A stretch of DNA of 64,000 nucleotides, from assembly GCF_044324785.1 (NCBI RefSeq), contig NZ_CP172127.1. One strand, written 5' to 3'. Below are positions 38,421-47,652 of this stretch, one piece after another. A program made the translations under genes and the position numbers. The DNA is from Escherichia coli. GTDB lineage: Bacteria > Pseudomonadota > Gammaproteobacteria > Enterobacterales > Enterobacteriaceae. Every line of letters starts with the position of its first letter. The first letter of the stretch is position 1. Under the pieces are notes generated by a model, which was not told the DNA's origin, did no database searches, and saw nothing but the letters and a program-made list of their open reading frames with translations.

Positions 38421-40615
38421 AATTTGATAAACCCGCAGGGGAAAACCCGATCGATCAGCTGAAGGTTGTCGGTCGTCCCCATGACCGCATCGACGGACCG
38501 CTGAAAACTACCGGCACGGCACGCTACGCCTACGAATGGTTTGAAGAAGCTCCCAACGCCGCCTATGGCTATATCGTCGGTTCCGCCATTGCCAAAGGAC
38601 GCCTCACCGCCCTCGATACGGACGCCGCGCAAAAAGCGCCGGGCGTACTGGCTGTCATTACCGCCAGTAACGCCGGGGCACTCGGCAAAGGCGACAAAAA
38701 CACCGCCAGCCTGTTAGGCGGCCCCACTATTGAGCACTATCATCAGGCCATTGCGCTGGTAGTGGCCGAGACCTTCGAACAGGCGCGAGCGGCGGCCTCG
38801 CTGGTGCAGGCGCACTATCGCCGTAATAAAGGAGCTTACTCCCTGGCGGACGAGAAACAGGCCGTCAGTCAGCCGCCGGAAGACACGCCCGATAAAAATG
38901 TTGGTGACTTTGACGGGGCTTTCACCTCCGCTGCGGTGAAGATTGATGCTACCTACACGACCCCGGACCAGAGCCATATGGCGATGGAGCCGCATGCCTC
39001 GATGGCCGTCTGGGATGGAAATAAGCTTACCCTCTGGACCTCAAACCAGATGATTGACTGGTGCCGCACCGATCTGGCAAAAACGCTGAAAGTGCCTGTG
39101 GAGAATGTGCGTATTATCTCCCCGTATATCGGCGGAGGGTTTGGCGGCAAGCTGTTCCTGAGAAGCGATGCACTGCTGGCGGCCCTCGCCGCCCGAGCGG
39201 TGAAACGTCCGGTTAAAGTGATGCTCCCCCGTCCCACTATTCCCAATAACACCACGCACCGCCCCGCCACCCTTCAGCACTTGCGTATCGGTGCCGACCA
39301 GAGCGGGAAAATCACTGCTATCTCACATGAAAGCTGGTCCGGAAACCTGCCCGGTGGCACGCCGGAAACGGCGGTACAGCAAAGCGAATTTCTTTACGCA
39401 GGGGCGAATCGTCATACCGGCCTGCGGCTCGCCACGCTTGATTTGCCGGAAGGGAACGCCATGCGTGCGCCCGGCGAAGCCCCCGGTCTGATGGCGCTCG
39501 AAATCGCGATCGATGAACTGGCGGAAAAAGCGGGCATCGATCCCGTCGAGTTTCGCATCCTGAATGACACTCAGGTTGACCCCGCCGATCCGACGCGCCG
39601 CTTCTCTCGCCGTCAGCTTATCGAGTGCTTGCGCACCGGAGCGGATAAATTTGGCTGGAAGCAGCGCAACGCCACACCCGGACAGGTACGCGACGGGGAG
39701 TGGCTAGTCGGCCACGGTGTTGCGGCGGGCTTTCGCAATAATCTGCTGGAAAAATCGGGTGCGCGGGTTCACCTGGAGCAAAACGGCACCGTTACCGTGG
39801 AAACGGACATGACCGATATTGGCACTGGCAGCTACACCATTCTGGCCCAGACGGCAGCGGAAATGCTTGGCGTACCGCTGGAGCAGGTTGCGGTTCACCT
39901 CGGCGATTCCAGTTTCCCGGTTTCTGCGGGGTCTGGTGGACAATGGGGCGCGAATACCTCCACCTCCGGCGTTTACGCCGCCTGTGTGAAGCTTCGCGAA
40001 ATGATTGCCTCGGCAGTCGGGTTTGATCCTGAGCAGTCGCAGTTTGCCGACGGCAAGATTACCAACGGTACCCGAAGCGCCATGCTACATGAGGCCACCG
40101 CAGGCGGCAGACTGACAGCGGAAGAGAGCATTGAATTCGGAACACTGAGCAAGGAGTACCAGCAGTCGACCTTTGCCGGGCATTATGTGGAGGTCGGCGT
40201 GCATAGCGCGACGGGAGAAGTTCGGGTCCGGCGTATGCTCGCTGTGTGTGCTGCAGGACGCATCCTGAATCCGAAAACTGCACGCAGCCAGGTCATTGGC
40301 GCAATGACTATGGGCATGGGCGCGGCACTGATGGAGGAGCTGGCGGTAGATGACCGTTTGGGCTACTTCGTTAATCACGATATGGCGGGGTATGAGGTGC
40401 CGGTCCATGCGGATATCCCAAAACAGGAGGTGATTTTCCTGGATGATACCGACCCCATCTCCTCCCCGATGAAGGCCAAAGGTGTCGGTGAGCTGGGCCT
40501 GTGCGGCGTGAGCGCGGCTATCGCCAACGCGGTGTATAACGCCACCGGTATTCGGGTACGGGATTATCCCATCACTCTGGATAAGCTGCTCGATAAGCTG
40601 CCGGATGTGGTTTAA
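38417..40615 (+). CDS. paoC: Aldehyde oxidoreductase molybdopterin-binding subunit
   Basis: 732 aa. Confidence 0.9.
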   Translation: MKFDKPAGENPIDQLKVVGRPHDRIDGPLKTTGTARYAYEWFEEAPNAAYGYIVGSAIAKGRLTALDTDAAQKAPGVLAVITASNAGALGKGDKNTASLLGGPTIEHYHQAIALVVAETFEQARAAASLVQAHYRRNKGAYSLADEKQAVSQPPEDTPDKNVGDFDGAFTSAAVKIDATYTTPDQSHMAMEPHASMAVWDGNKLTLWTSNQMIDWCRTDLAKTLKVPVENVRIISPYIGGGFGGKLFLRSDALLAALAARAVKRPVKVMLPRPTIPNNTTHRPATLQHLRIGADQSGKITAISHESWSGNLPGGTPETAVQQSEFLYAGANRHTGLRLATLDLPEGNAMRAPGEAPGLMALEIAIDELAEKAGIDPVEFRILNDTQVDPADPTRRFSRRQLIECLRTGADKFGWKQRNATPGQVRDGEWLVGHGVAAGFRNNLLEKSGARVHLEQNGTVTVETDMTDIGTGSYTILAQTAAEMLGVPLEQVAVHLGDSSFPVSAGSGGQWGANTSTSGVYAACVKLREMIASAVGFDPEQSQFADGKITNGTRSAMLHEATAGGRLTAEESIEFGTLSKEYQQSTFAGHYVEVGVHSATGEVRVRRMLAVCAAGRILNPKTARSQVIGAMTMGMGAALMEELAVDDRLGYFVNHDMAGYEVPVHADIPKQEVIFLDDTDPISSPMKAKGVGELGLCGVSAAIANAVYNATGIRVRDYPITLDKLLDKLPDVV

Positions 40616-40624
40616 GGAGGAACA

Positions 40625-41581
40625 ATGTCATACCCACTTTTTGACAAAGACGAGCACTGGCATAAGCCAGAGCAGGCGTTTCTCACCGATGACCACCGGG
40701 CCATTCTGCGCTTCGCCGTAGAGGCGCTAATGTCCGGTAAAGGAGCGGTGCTGGTGACGCTGGTGGAAATACGCGGCGGCGCGGCGCGCCCGCTCGGTGC
40801 GCAGATGGTGGTGCGCGAAGATGGTCGTTACTGCGGTTTTGTCTCTGGCGGCTGCGTGGAGGCCGCTGCCGCTTTTGAAGCGCTGGAGATGATGGGCTCA
40901 GGCCGCGATCGCGAAATTCGCTATGGCGAAGGTTCGCCGTGGTTTGACATCGTTCTGCCCTGCGGCGGTGGGATCACGCTGACGCTCCATAAACTACGCT
41001 CGGCACAGCCTCTGCTCGCCGTGCTGAACCGCCTGGAACAGAGAAAACCGTCGGGTCTGCGCTACGATCCGCAAGCTCAATCGCTGGTGTGCCTGCCCAC
41101 GCAAACCCGGACGGGCTGGAATCTCAATGGCTTTGAGGTGGGGTTCAGGCCATGCGTCAGGCTGATGATTTACGGACGTTCTCTTGAGGCGCAGGCAACC
41201 GCGAGTCTTGCAGCAGCCACAGGCTATGACAGCCATATCTTCGATCTTTTTCCGGCCTCAGCCAGCGCTCAGATCGATACCGATACGGCGGTCATTTTGC
41301 TGTGCCATGATCTCAACCGGGAGCTGCCAGTGTTGCAGGCCGCGCGAGAAGCAAAACCCTTTTATCTCGGCGCATTGGGCAGCTATCGAACCCACACTTT
41401 ACGTCTGCAAAAGCTCCACGAGCTGGGATGGTCCAGGGAGGAGACAGCGCAAATCCGGGCACCCGTCGGGATATTCCCCAAAGCCCGGGATGCGCATACT
41501 CTGGCACTCTCCGTGCTGGCAGAAGTCGCCTCTGTACGTCTCCATCAGGAGGAGGATTCATGCCTGCCCCCGTCGTCCTGA
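40625..41581 (+). CDS. paoD: XdhC-like Moco insertion chaperone
   Basis: 318 aa. Confidence 0.85.
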   Translation: MSYPLFDKDEHWHKPEQAFLTDDHRAILRFAVEALMSGKGAVLVTLVEIRGGAARPLGAQMVVREDGRYCGFVSGGCVEAAAAFEALEMMGSGRDREIRYGEGSPWFDIVLPCGGGITLTLHKLRSAQPLLAVLNRLEQRKPSGLRYDPQAQSLVCLPTQTRTGWNLNGFEVGFRPCVRLMIYGRSLEAQATASLAAATGYDSHIFDLFPASASAQIDTDTAVILLCHDLNRELPVLQAAREAKPFYLGALGSYRTHTLRLQKLHELGWSREETAQIRAPVGIFPKARDAHTLALSVLAEVASVRLHQEEDSCLPPSS

Positions 41582-41640
41582 TCCTTGCGGCCGGGCGTGG
41601 GAAGCGCTTTCTCGCCTCCGGGGGAAATACCCATAAATTA
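41559..41640 (+). pseudogene. Remnant (about 27 aa) of a MobA/MocA-like molybdenum-cofactor nucleotidyltransferase, translationally coupled to paoD
   Basis: MPAPVVLILAAGRGKRF resembles the LAGGxGxRMG P-loop of MobA/MocA. The ATG overlaps the last 8 codons of paoD. Similarity is lost after about 27 codons, where the convergent MFS terminator begins. Confidence 0.35.
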
Positions 41641-41679
41641 AGAGAAAAATCTGCAGTAGCCGTTTTAGAAAATCACCTA

Positions 41680-41720
41680 AATCGTTTAAAAGAGCGCCCA
41701 ACCCATAGTGGGCGCTTATC
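41680..41720 (-). terminator. Terminator downstream of the MFS gene
   Basis: agcgccca-acccatagt-gggcgct with a T-tract on the minus strand. Confidence 0.5.
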
Positions 41721-41760
41721 GCCTTGTGTAACTTATTCAGCAACGCGCGCCCTCGCCGGA

Positions 41761-42954
41761 CTAAAGCGCACCGGCCTTCTGGCGTGCGGTAACAAAGGTC
41801 AGTACGCCAGCGCAAAGGAGCAGCACGCTACTCATAGCAAACGTGCTCTGCCAGCCAAGGCGGTCAAATACGATGCCTCCTGCTGTTGATCCAAGGGCGA
41901 TGGCGAGCTGAATCACCGCGACCATGAGCCCGCCTCCGGCTTCGGCGTTGTCAGGCAACGTACGCGCAATCCATGTCCACCATCCGGTTGGCGCGGCGGT
42001 GGCCAGCATGCCCCAGAGTCCTAACAGCAGCGAGACCGTCCAGACGTGATGCCCGGTAAGCATCAGACCGATAGCAATGACGGCCATCAGTCCGGGTATG
42101 GCCATCAGCGTGGGGTAGAATTTTCTGTTGAGAAATGCCGAAACAACCAGCGTGCCAATAAAACCGGCCACGCCGATAATCAGCAAAATCAACGACAAGC
42201 CTAAGGAATTAACCCGTGTCACCGACTCCAGAAACGGGCGCACATAGGTGAATAGCGCAAACTGCCCCATGAAAAACAGGCCACAAGCTATCATGCCGAC
42301 CACAACCATGCGGCGGCTAAATAAGCGGAATACCGCGCCAAGTGACGTGTGGCTTTTATTCGCATCCATACTGGGCAGGCTGATGCACTGCCAGATAAAG
42401 GCGACAACCGCGATGGGCACCAGGCACAAGAAAGCGCCTCGCCATCCGACCGTAGCCCCCAGATAGCTTCCCAGCGGTGCGGCCACGACCGTCGCCAGCG
42501 CATTACCGGCGTTGAAAATTGCCAGCGCACGCGTGACCTGATGCTGCGGCACCAGACGAATCGCCGTTGCCGCTGACATCGACCAGAATCCGCCAATAGC
42601 CACACCAATCATCGCACGACCGACCATATACATCAGATAACTGGAAGCCAGCGCAATAATAAGCCCCGATACGGCCATCAGAACCGTCATCCCCAGCAGC
42701 AGGAACTTACGATTCATCTTTCCAGCTAGCGTTGAAAGCGTCAGGCTGGTCAGAACCGCCAGCGCGCCGGAGATAGCAATCCCCTGCCCTGCCAGCCCCT
42801 CCGTCACGCCTAAATCGCGGGTAATCGGCGTGAGCAGGCTGACGGGCATAAATTCAGAAGCAATCAGCACAAACACGCACAGGGTCATGGCAAAAATACC
42901 GCCCCAGTATGCGTGCTGATGATGAGGTGATGGTGTTTGGCTTAGTGTCGACAT
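41761..42954 (-). CDS. MFS transporter, DHA1-like, 12 TM
   Basis: 397 aa with MFS motifs. Confidence 0.85.
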   Translation of the reverse strand: MSTLSQTPSPHHQHAYWGGIFAMTLCVFVLIASEFMPVSLLTPITRDLGVTEGLAGQGIAISGALAVLTSLTLSTLAGKMNRKFLLLGMTVLMAVSGLIIALASSYLMYMVGRAMIGVAIGGFWSMSAATAIRLVPQHQVTRALAIFNAGNALATVVAAPLGSYLGATVGWRGAFLCLVPIAVVAFIWQCISLPSMDANKSHTSLGAVFRLFSRRMVVVGMIACGLFFMGQFALFTYVRPFLESVTRVNSLGLSLILLIIGVAGFIGTLVVSAFLNRKFYPTLMAIPGLMAVIAIGLMLTGHHVWTVSLLLGLWGMLATAAPTGWWTWIARTLPDNAEAGGGLMVAVIQLAIALGSTAGGIVFDRLGWQSTFAMSSVLLLCAGVLTFVTARQKAGAL

Positions 42955-43029
42955 AGTGAAATTTCACAAAGATCAGGATAAAAGCCACCTGCCATAGACC
43001 GGTGGCTTTGCATCAATTCAGGAGAGGTT

Positions 43030-44166
43030 TTATTTCAGTTTGGTCTGGAAAAATTGCTCGAACTTCGCGAAAGGTATTTTTCCGGCCACGTTATCGTACA
43101 GGTCCACGTGATTTGCCCCTGTTACCACCACCAACTCTTTGTCTTTACTGCCAACCGCCTTGTAAGCATCTTCAGCAAAATAGCGTGAATGTGCTTTCTC
43201 ACCGGTCACAATCAGCGTCGGAATGGTGATTTCACTGGCGTAGCTCAACAGCGGCATATTCATAAATGACAGCGGCATCGTTGCCGTCCACGCCCCGGTA
43301 GAGTTAACGGAACGTTCGTGGAAGCCGCGCGGCATGCGATAGTAGTCAAAGAACTCTTTCAGTACCGGATGAGGATTTGCCGGCAGCGTTTCTGGCAGAA
43401 TACGCTCGCCCGCACTGACCTTGCCGTTGCTGTCGACATTAATATCATGACCACCGTGAGCGAACGTTCCGCTCTGCGCATCCTTCCAGCGCTGTTCATT
43501 CAGATATTGCAGAACAGCACGACGGTCGGCGGTAGAATAACGGTCTTTGCCATCCCCCACACCATGGCCCATCGCCCGGCTCATGTCATACATCACGCTG
43601 GTAGCTACCGCTTTAACGCGGGTATCCATCGCCGCGTCGTTCAGCGCCATGCCGCCCCAGCCACAAATACCGAGCAGCCCGATACGGTTGCGATCTACCT
43701 CTTTTTGCAGCCCTAAGAAATCCACCGCCGCGCTGAAATCTTCAGTGTTGATATCCGGTGAGGCGACGTTTCGCGGATAGCCGCCACTTTCCCCGGTGTA
43801 AGAAGGATCGAACGCCAGGGTAACAAACCCTCGTTCCGCCAGCGTCTGCGCATACAAGCCGCTGGATTGCTCTTTCACCGCGCCAAATGGCCCACTGACC
43901 GCAATCGCCGCCAGCTTGCGATCGCCACGGTCTTTAGGCAGGTAAAGATCGCCCACTAAGGTGATGCCATATCGGTTCGGGAACGAGACTTTACGGTGAT
44001 CGACTTTCTGGCTCTCGGCGAACGTTTTATCCCATTTATCTGTCATGGACACAGGGGCATTAGGATTGGTTGAATCAGCATAACTCATTGTCGTGACTCC
44101 ACTTAATGATGCGAAAAGCAGCATGGTCGGCATCGCGGTTTTTAGCGTTCGGGTGAAGGCTTTCAT
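43030..44166 (-). CDS. Secreted alpha/beta hydrolase, dienelactone-hydrolase-like with a Cys nucleophile in the GxCxG elbow
   Basis: Signal peptide MKAFTRTLKTAMPTMLLFASLSGVTTMSYA. Nucleophile elbow LLGICGWGG. Confidence 0.7.
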   Translation of the reverse strand: MKAFTRTLKTAMPTMLLFASLSGVTTMSYADSTNPNAPVSMTDKWDKTFAESQKVDHRKVSFPNRYGITLVGDLYLPKDRGDRKLAAIAVSGPFGAVKEQSSGLYAQTLAERGFVTLAFDPSYTGESGGYPRNVASPDINTEDFSAAVDFLGLQKEVDRNRIGLLGICGWGGMALNDAAMDTRVKAVATSVMYDMSRAMGHGVGDGKDRYSTADRRAVLQYLNEQRWKDAQSGTFAHGGHDINVDSNGKVSAGERILPETLPANPHPVLKEFFDYYRMPRGFHERSVNSTGAWTATMPLSFMNMPLLSYASEITIPTLIVTGEKAHSRYFAEDAYKAVGSKDKELVVVTGANHVDLYDNVAGKIPFAKFEQFFQTKLK

Positions 44167-44352
44167 AAAAATCCCCATAAAAAACAACAGAGAGATACAG
44201 GTTTCCGACGGACAACGCTGCGGTGCTTTACTTTGATGGGGTCATTATAGTGAGCAGAATTAGTGCTGATTAGGGGGCGATTAATGCTAAGATTAATACC
44301 ATATTGTTATAAATTAATGCGGAGATTGCCGGCATGAAGGAGGGATGTTTCA

Positions 44353-45237
44353 ATGGCGAAAAGGGAGAACTATAACGAGCTGTACCTGTTTATGCAGGTG
44401 GTGCGAGAAGGCAGCTTTACCGCAGCGGCTCAGCGGCTGGGTCTTGCTCAGTCAGGAGTCAGCCGTTCTGTTCGCGAGCTTGAAGAAAGGCTGGGCGTCC
44501 AGCTGCTAGTGCGCACCACGCGTAAACTGTCGCTGACACAAGCAGGCGAGCAGCTCTACCAGAAGACGGCATCTGGATTTGAAATGTTAGATCTTGGGCT
44601 TGCCACGCTGGCGCACTATCGAGAGACGCCCTCCGGCACTGTGCGTATCAATGCCAGCCAGCACGCGATTGATAAATGCCTGCTGCCAAAGCTGGCGGTA
44701 TTTAAACAGCGATATCCTGATATCCGGCTTGAACTGATAAATGAGAGCCGGTTCGTCGATATCATCGAGGAAAGATTCGATGCAGGTGTCCGCCTGGGGC
44801 CTGAAGTCGGCCAGGGTATGGTCGCGGTACGCATCACGCCCGATATGGAGATGGCAATTGTGGGGACTCCGGAACATTTTCGTCGCTATGGTTTTCCGCA
44901 AACCCCGGCGGATTTAAAGGCGCATCCCTGTATCGCCTATCAGTTTGCCGACGGCAGCGTATACCAGTGGGAACTCAATCAGGATGATAAAAAAATCACT
45001 CATCGCCCTGAAGGGCAATGGGCCTTATCCGACAGCTATATGGAAGCAGAAGCAGCCCGGCTGGGCCTCGGATTGGCCTATGTTCCTGTTGAACTGGTCG
45101 CGGATGATTTAGAACACGGTAAGCTTATCAGGGTGTTGCAGCGTTACAGCCTGCGAATGGAGGGATTGTTTCTCTATTACCCTCATCGCAACGTCTCCCC
45201 CGCCCTGCGGATGGTCATTGATACATTGAAAATCTGA
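44353..45237 (+). CDS. yagP: LysR-type regulator; full-length counterpart of the K-12 yagP fragment
   Basis: 294 aa with the HTH FMQVVREGSFTAAAQRLGLAQSGVSRSV. Divergent from the hydrolase-MFS pair. Confidence 0.75.
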   Translation: MAKRENYNELYLFMQVVREGSFTAAAQRLGLAQSGVSRSVRELEERLGVQLLVRTTRKLSLTQAGEQLYQKTASGFEMLDLGLATLAHYRETPSGTVRINASQHAIDKCLLPKLAVFKQRYPDIRLELINESRFVDIIEERFDAGVRLGPEVGQGMVAVRITPDMEMAIVGTPEHFRRYGFPQTPADLKAHPCIAYQFADGSVYQWELNQDDKKITHRPEGQWALSDSYMEAEAARLGLGLAYVPVELVADDLEHGKLIRVLQRYSLRMEGLFLYYPHRNVSPALRMVIDTLKI

Positions 45238-45460
45238 ACGTTAACAACGACCGACTCTTCACTGTGCAAAATTGTGTCAGGTAGTCCCTCTGCGTTCAAT
45301 TCCAGGGTCTGTACACCCTGCTTTGAGCGAGAAAGAGGGGACTATCCAGCAATGGAGATCACCCAAAAGAAAAAACCACCAGGCTCCCTCGACAACCTTC
45401 ATCCGGGCATTTAGCCTCAATCAACATTTTTATATCTGTCAGGTTACTTCATTATGAAAA

Positions 45461-45690
45461 CTGATCATCATCGTTGTTTTTGTTGCAATAGTAGAATACG
45501 CGTATTTATTCCTCCATCTCTATTAATAACGGCAATAAACTGTTCACTTCACTGATATTTAAAATATACATCCTTTTCAAGCTGTTCAGCGGCGTAAGAA
45601 AAAGTATTAATTATGAATTCGACGATTTAACCATTTCTGGCTGATTGGTAATCATCTGTGATTAATGCTGGTCTATTGATTACGCCAGCA
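45461..45690 (+). repeat. Degenerate partial duplicate of the ykgR gene fused to a ykgO-like 3' end and terminator-like sequence
   Basis: About 110 bp, roughly 85% identical to 26150-26275 (ykgR), with a frameshift. It is followed by ...QAVQRRKKKY*, similar to the ykgO C-terminus [10 protein letters not shown], and by a tail resembling 26990-27075. Confidence 0.5.
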
Positions 45691-46600
45691 CCCTCTCTAG
45701 CTTATTCACCGCCGCCACATACTTCGCCGGATTTTTATCTTTCAGCACCGCCAGATTACGTTGCTTCCAGCGAATAGCCGGAAGATGCTGAATTTCAGGA
45801 TAGCGATACCGCGACCAGTCAGGGCTGTTTTGCTTAAAACTGAGCAAGAACTCGCGATCCAGATCCGTAAGATGTGACTTCAACGCCTGCGGCAGCAAAG
45901 TCGTTACTGACAGCAGCGATTCCAGCGACGTTTCCTGCTGAGTCATCCCCGAAAATTCCTGAGCATACAGCGTCGTGATCCGCTCTGTATCCCAGTTTGG
46001 GGCCAGCAACTCGGCAATGGGGCGGGGATGGCCTGCCAGATAACAAAGAAAACCGTCAAAGATCTCCCGCATCAGTCCCGGTTTCTCCAGCATATTCAGC
46101 ACATCAAACAGATCGCGCGGGTGCTGACGATCAAGCGCTGCGCAGATTTTACCGCCATAAAGATCCGCCAGCGAGACGACACTCATGGTGGTGAAGCCAT
46201 ACTCCATTTCCACACGTTCGCACACAGGCATTTCTGCCGGAGGCAACAACAGCCCGCGCCAGACCGGGCTAACCTCGATCTTAATCTTTGCATCAGCGGT
46301 ATTCACAATGATGCGCTTTTCATCCGCTTTATTTTCCTGCCGAATCGCGGTGATCCCCGGTCTGCCGTTCAGCGATGCAGTAATCCTCTTCAAAGCGTCG
46401 TTGATAGCCGCCAGATCAGTATCGCGATCCGCAAAGCTCTTATACGCCAGATCAATATCCACCGACAGACGGGGAAAATCCTGCACAAACAAATTGATTG
46501 CCGTGCCGCCTTTCAACGCGAAACAGGACTCCTTCGCCACATGCGGCAGAGCAGCCATCAACAGCTTAACCTGCCGGGCATAACTATCACGCAGATCCAT
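45680..46600 (-). CDS. abiEii: AbiEii-like nucleotidyltransferase toxin (type IV TA / abortive infection)
   Basis: 306 aa, DUF1814-like, with the N-terminal GGTAINL...DIDL nucleotidyltransferase motif. Overlaps the upstream AbiEi gene by 14 nt. Confidence 0.75.
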   Translation of the reverse strand: MDLRDSYARQVKLLMAALPHVAKESCFALKGGTAINLFVQDFPRLSVDIDLAYKSFADRDTDLAAINDALKRITASLNGRPGITAIRQENKADEKRIIVNTADAKIKIEVSPVWRGLLLPPAEMPVCERVEMEYGFTTMSVVSLADLYGGKICAALDRQHPRDLFDVLNMLEKPGLMREIFDGFLCYLAGHPRPIAELLAPNWDTERITTLYAQEFSGMTQQETSLESLLSVTTLLPQALKSHLTDLDREFLLSFKQNSPDWSRYRYPEIQHLPAIRWKQRNLAVLKDKNPAKYVAAVNKLERVLA

Positions 46601-47390
46601 CTTCGACTCCTTCCGGTTTAAATGCGCGTGGAACAGTAATTTGATAATCCGGCTCCAGCCAGCCGCCGGGTATGATTTGCCGCTTTCCCGTACCTGTTTC
46701 TATACCGCTTTGATCAATATACTGAAAATAAGGGTGTCCATTACGCCGGGCAAGGTAAAGCATCACCCGGTTGGTTTTAACCGAATGACTGGCGCAGAGT
46801 AACGCCTGCAATTTACGCGGGCTGAGAAGATTCATCCCCTGAAACAGAGCATCGGCATGTTCGAACGATATCAACGAAGGAACGCCGCAGGCGATCTCAT
46901 ACGCGGCCAGTTCCGGGGCACTGCCTGCTAACTGCCGGTCGCCAATTTTCAGTTCCGTAGTCAATGACGTTACATCTACGGTAAGCCCCGATGTATACAG
47001 CGTGATAAATGTTGCAGATTGTTCGAAGGCAGCAAACCATCCCGGCAGCTTAACGTAAGCCGGAAGCGCGAGCCAGACCTGCGGCTTACCCGGTTCGGTA
47101 TAGTGCGCATGGCCCTGAAACGCAAGGCTGGTTAGCCCCGCCACCCGAACAGGCTTTTCCCACTGTGTTTGAAGGCAGTAAACCGCGTCTACCCAATCCG
47201 GCTCACGGCCCGTCCGGCAGTACACGCCGTGAGCGATGCGCCTGAGCCAGCCATTTTGAACATAGAGATAAGAAAGCTTACGATCTACGCCGTTGCGGGT
47301 AAGCCATGACTGGAGCAGCACCTGACCGGGTAGCGTATTTTGCATCAACCAGTTTAGATAGTTTGGCAAATGTCGCTCCTGAATAGACAT
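46587..47390 (-). CDS. abiEi: AbiEi-like antitoxin/transcriptional regulator
   Basis: 267 aa. Sits upstream of and overlaps abiEii, the canonical AbiEi-AbiEii order. Confidence 0.7.
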   Translation of the reverse strand: MSIQERHLPNYLNWLMQNTLPGQVLLQSWLTRNGVDRKLSYLYVQNGWLRRIAHGVYCRTGREPDWVDAVYCLQTQWEKPVRVAGLTSLAFQGHAHYTEPGKPQVWLALPAYVKLPGWFAAFEQSATFITLYTSGLTVDVTSLTTELKIGDRQLAGSAPELAAYEIACGVPSLISFEHADALFQGMNLLSPRKLQALLCASHSVKTNRVMLYLARRNGHPYFQYIDQSGIETGTGKRQIIPGGWLEPDYQITVPRAFKPEGVEDGSA

Positions 47391-47652
47391 TAGTAGAAAT
47401 ATTTAAACCAGTGTAGGTTCAGGGATACGCCACAGCAAGAAATAGTTTACTTATTCCTCATTTTGTCTACTTAAAATTGACATTGAGAAAAAAATACAAA
47501 CTTACCTACATTCAGGCAAAGTGCGACAAATAGACTCGGTCGGTTTAAAGAGAACGTGTAACATAGATGCAAATCGAATAGACATTGTTGCCAGCCGTTC
47601 CAAGGTTGTGGGGCGCTGCATGGCCTGAGACGTGATAAATACAGGGAACACA

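Noticed and set aside
41428..41889. 153-aa ORF spanning the paoD end and the MFS gene
   Set aside because: Only the segment after the internal ATG (41559) for about 27 codons looks protein-like (MobA/MocA N-terminus). The rest runs antisense through the MFS gene and its terminator.
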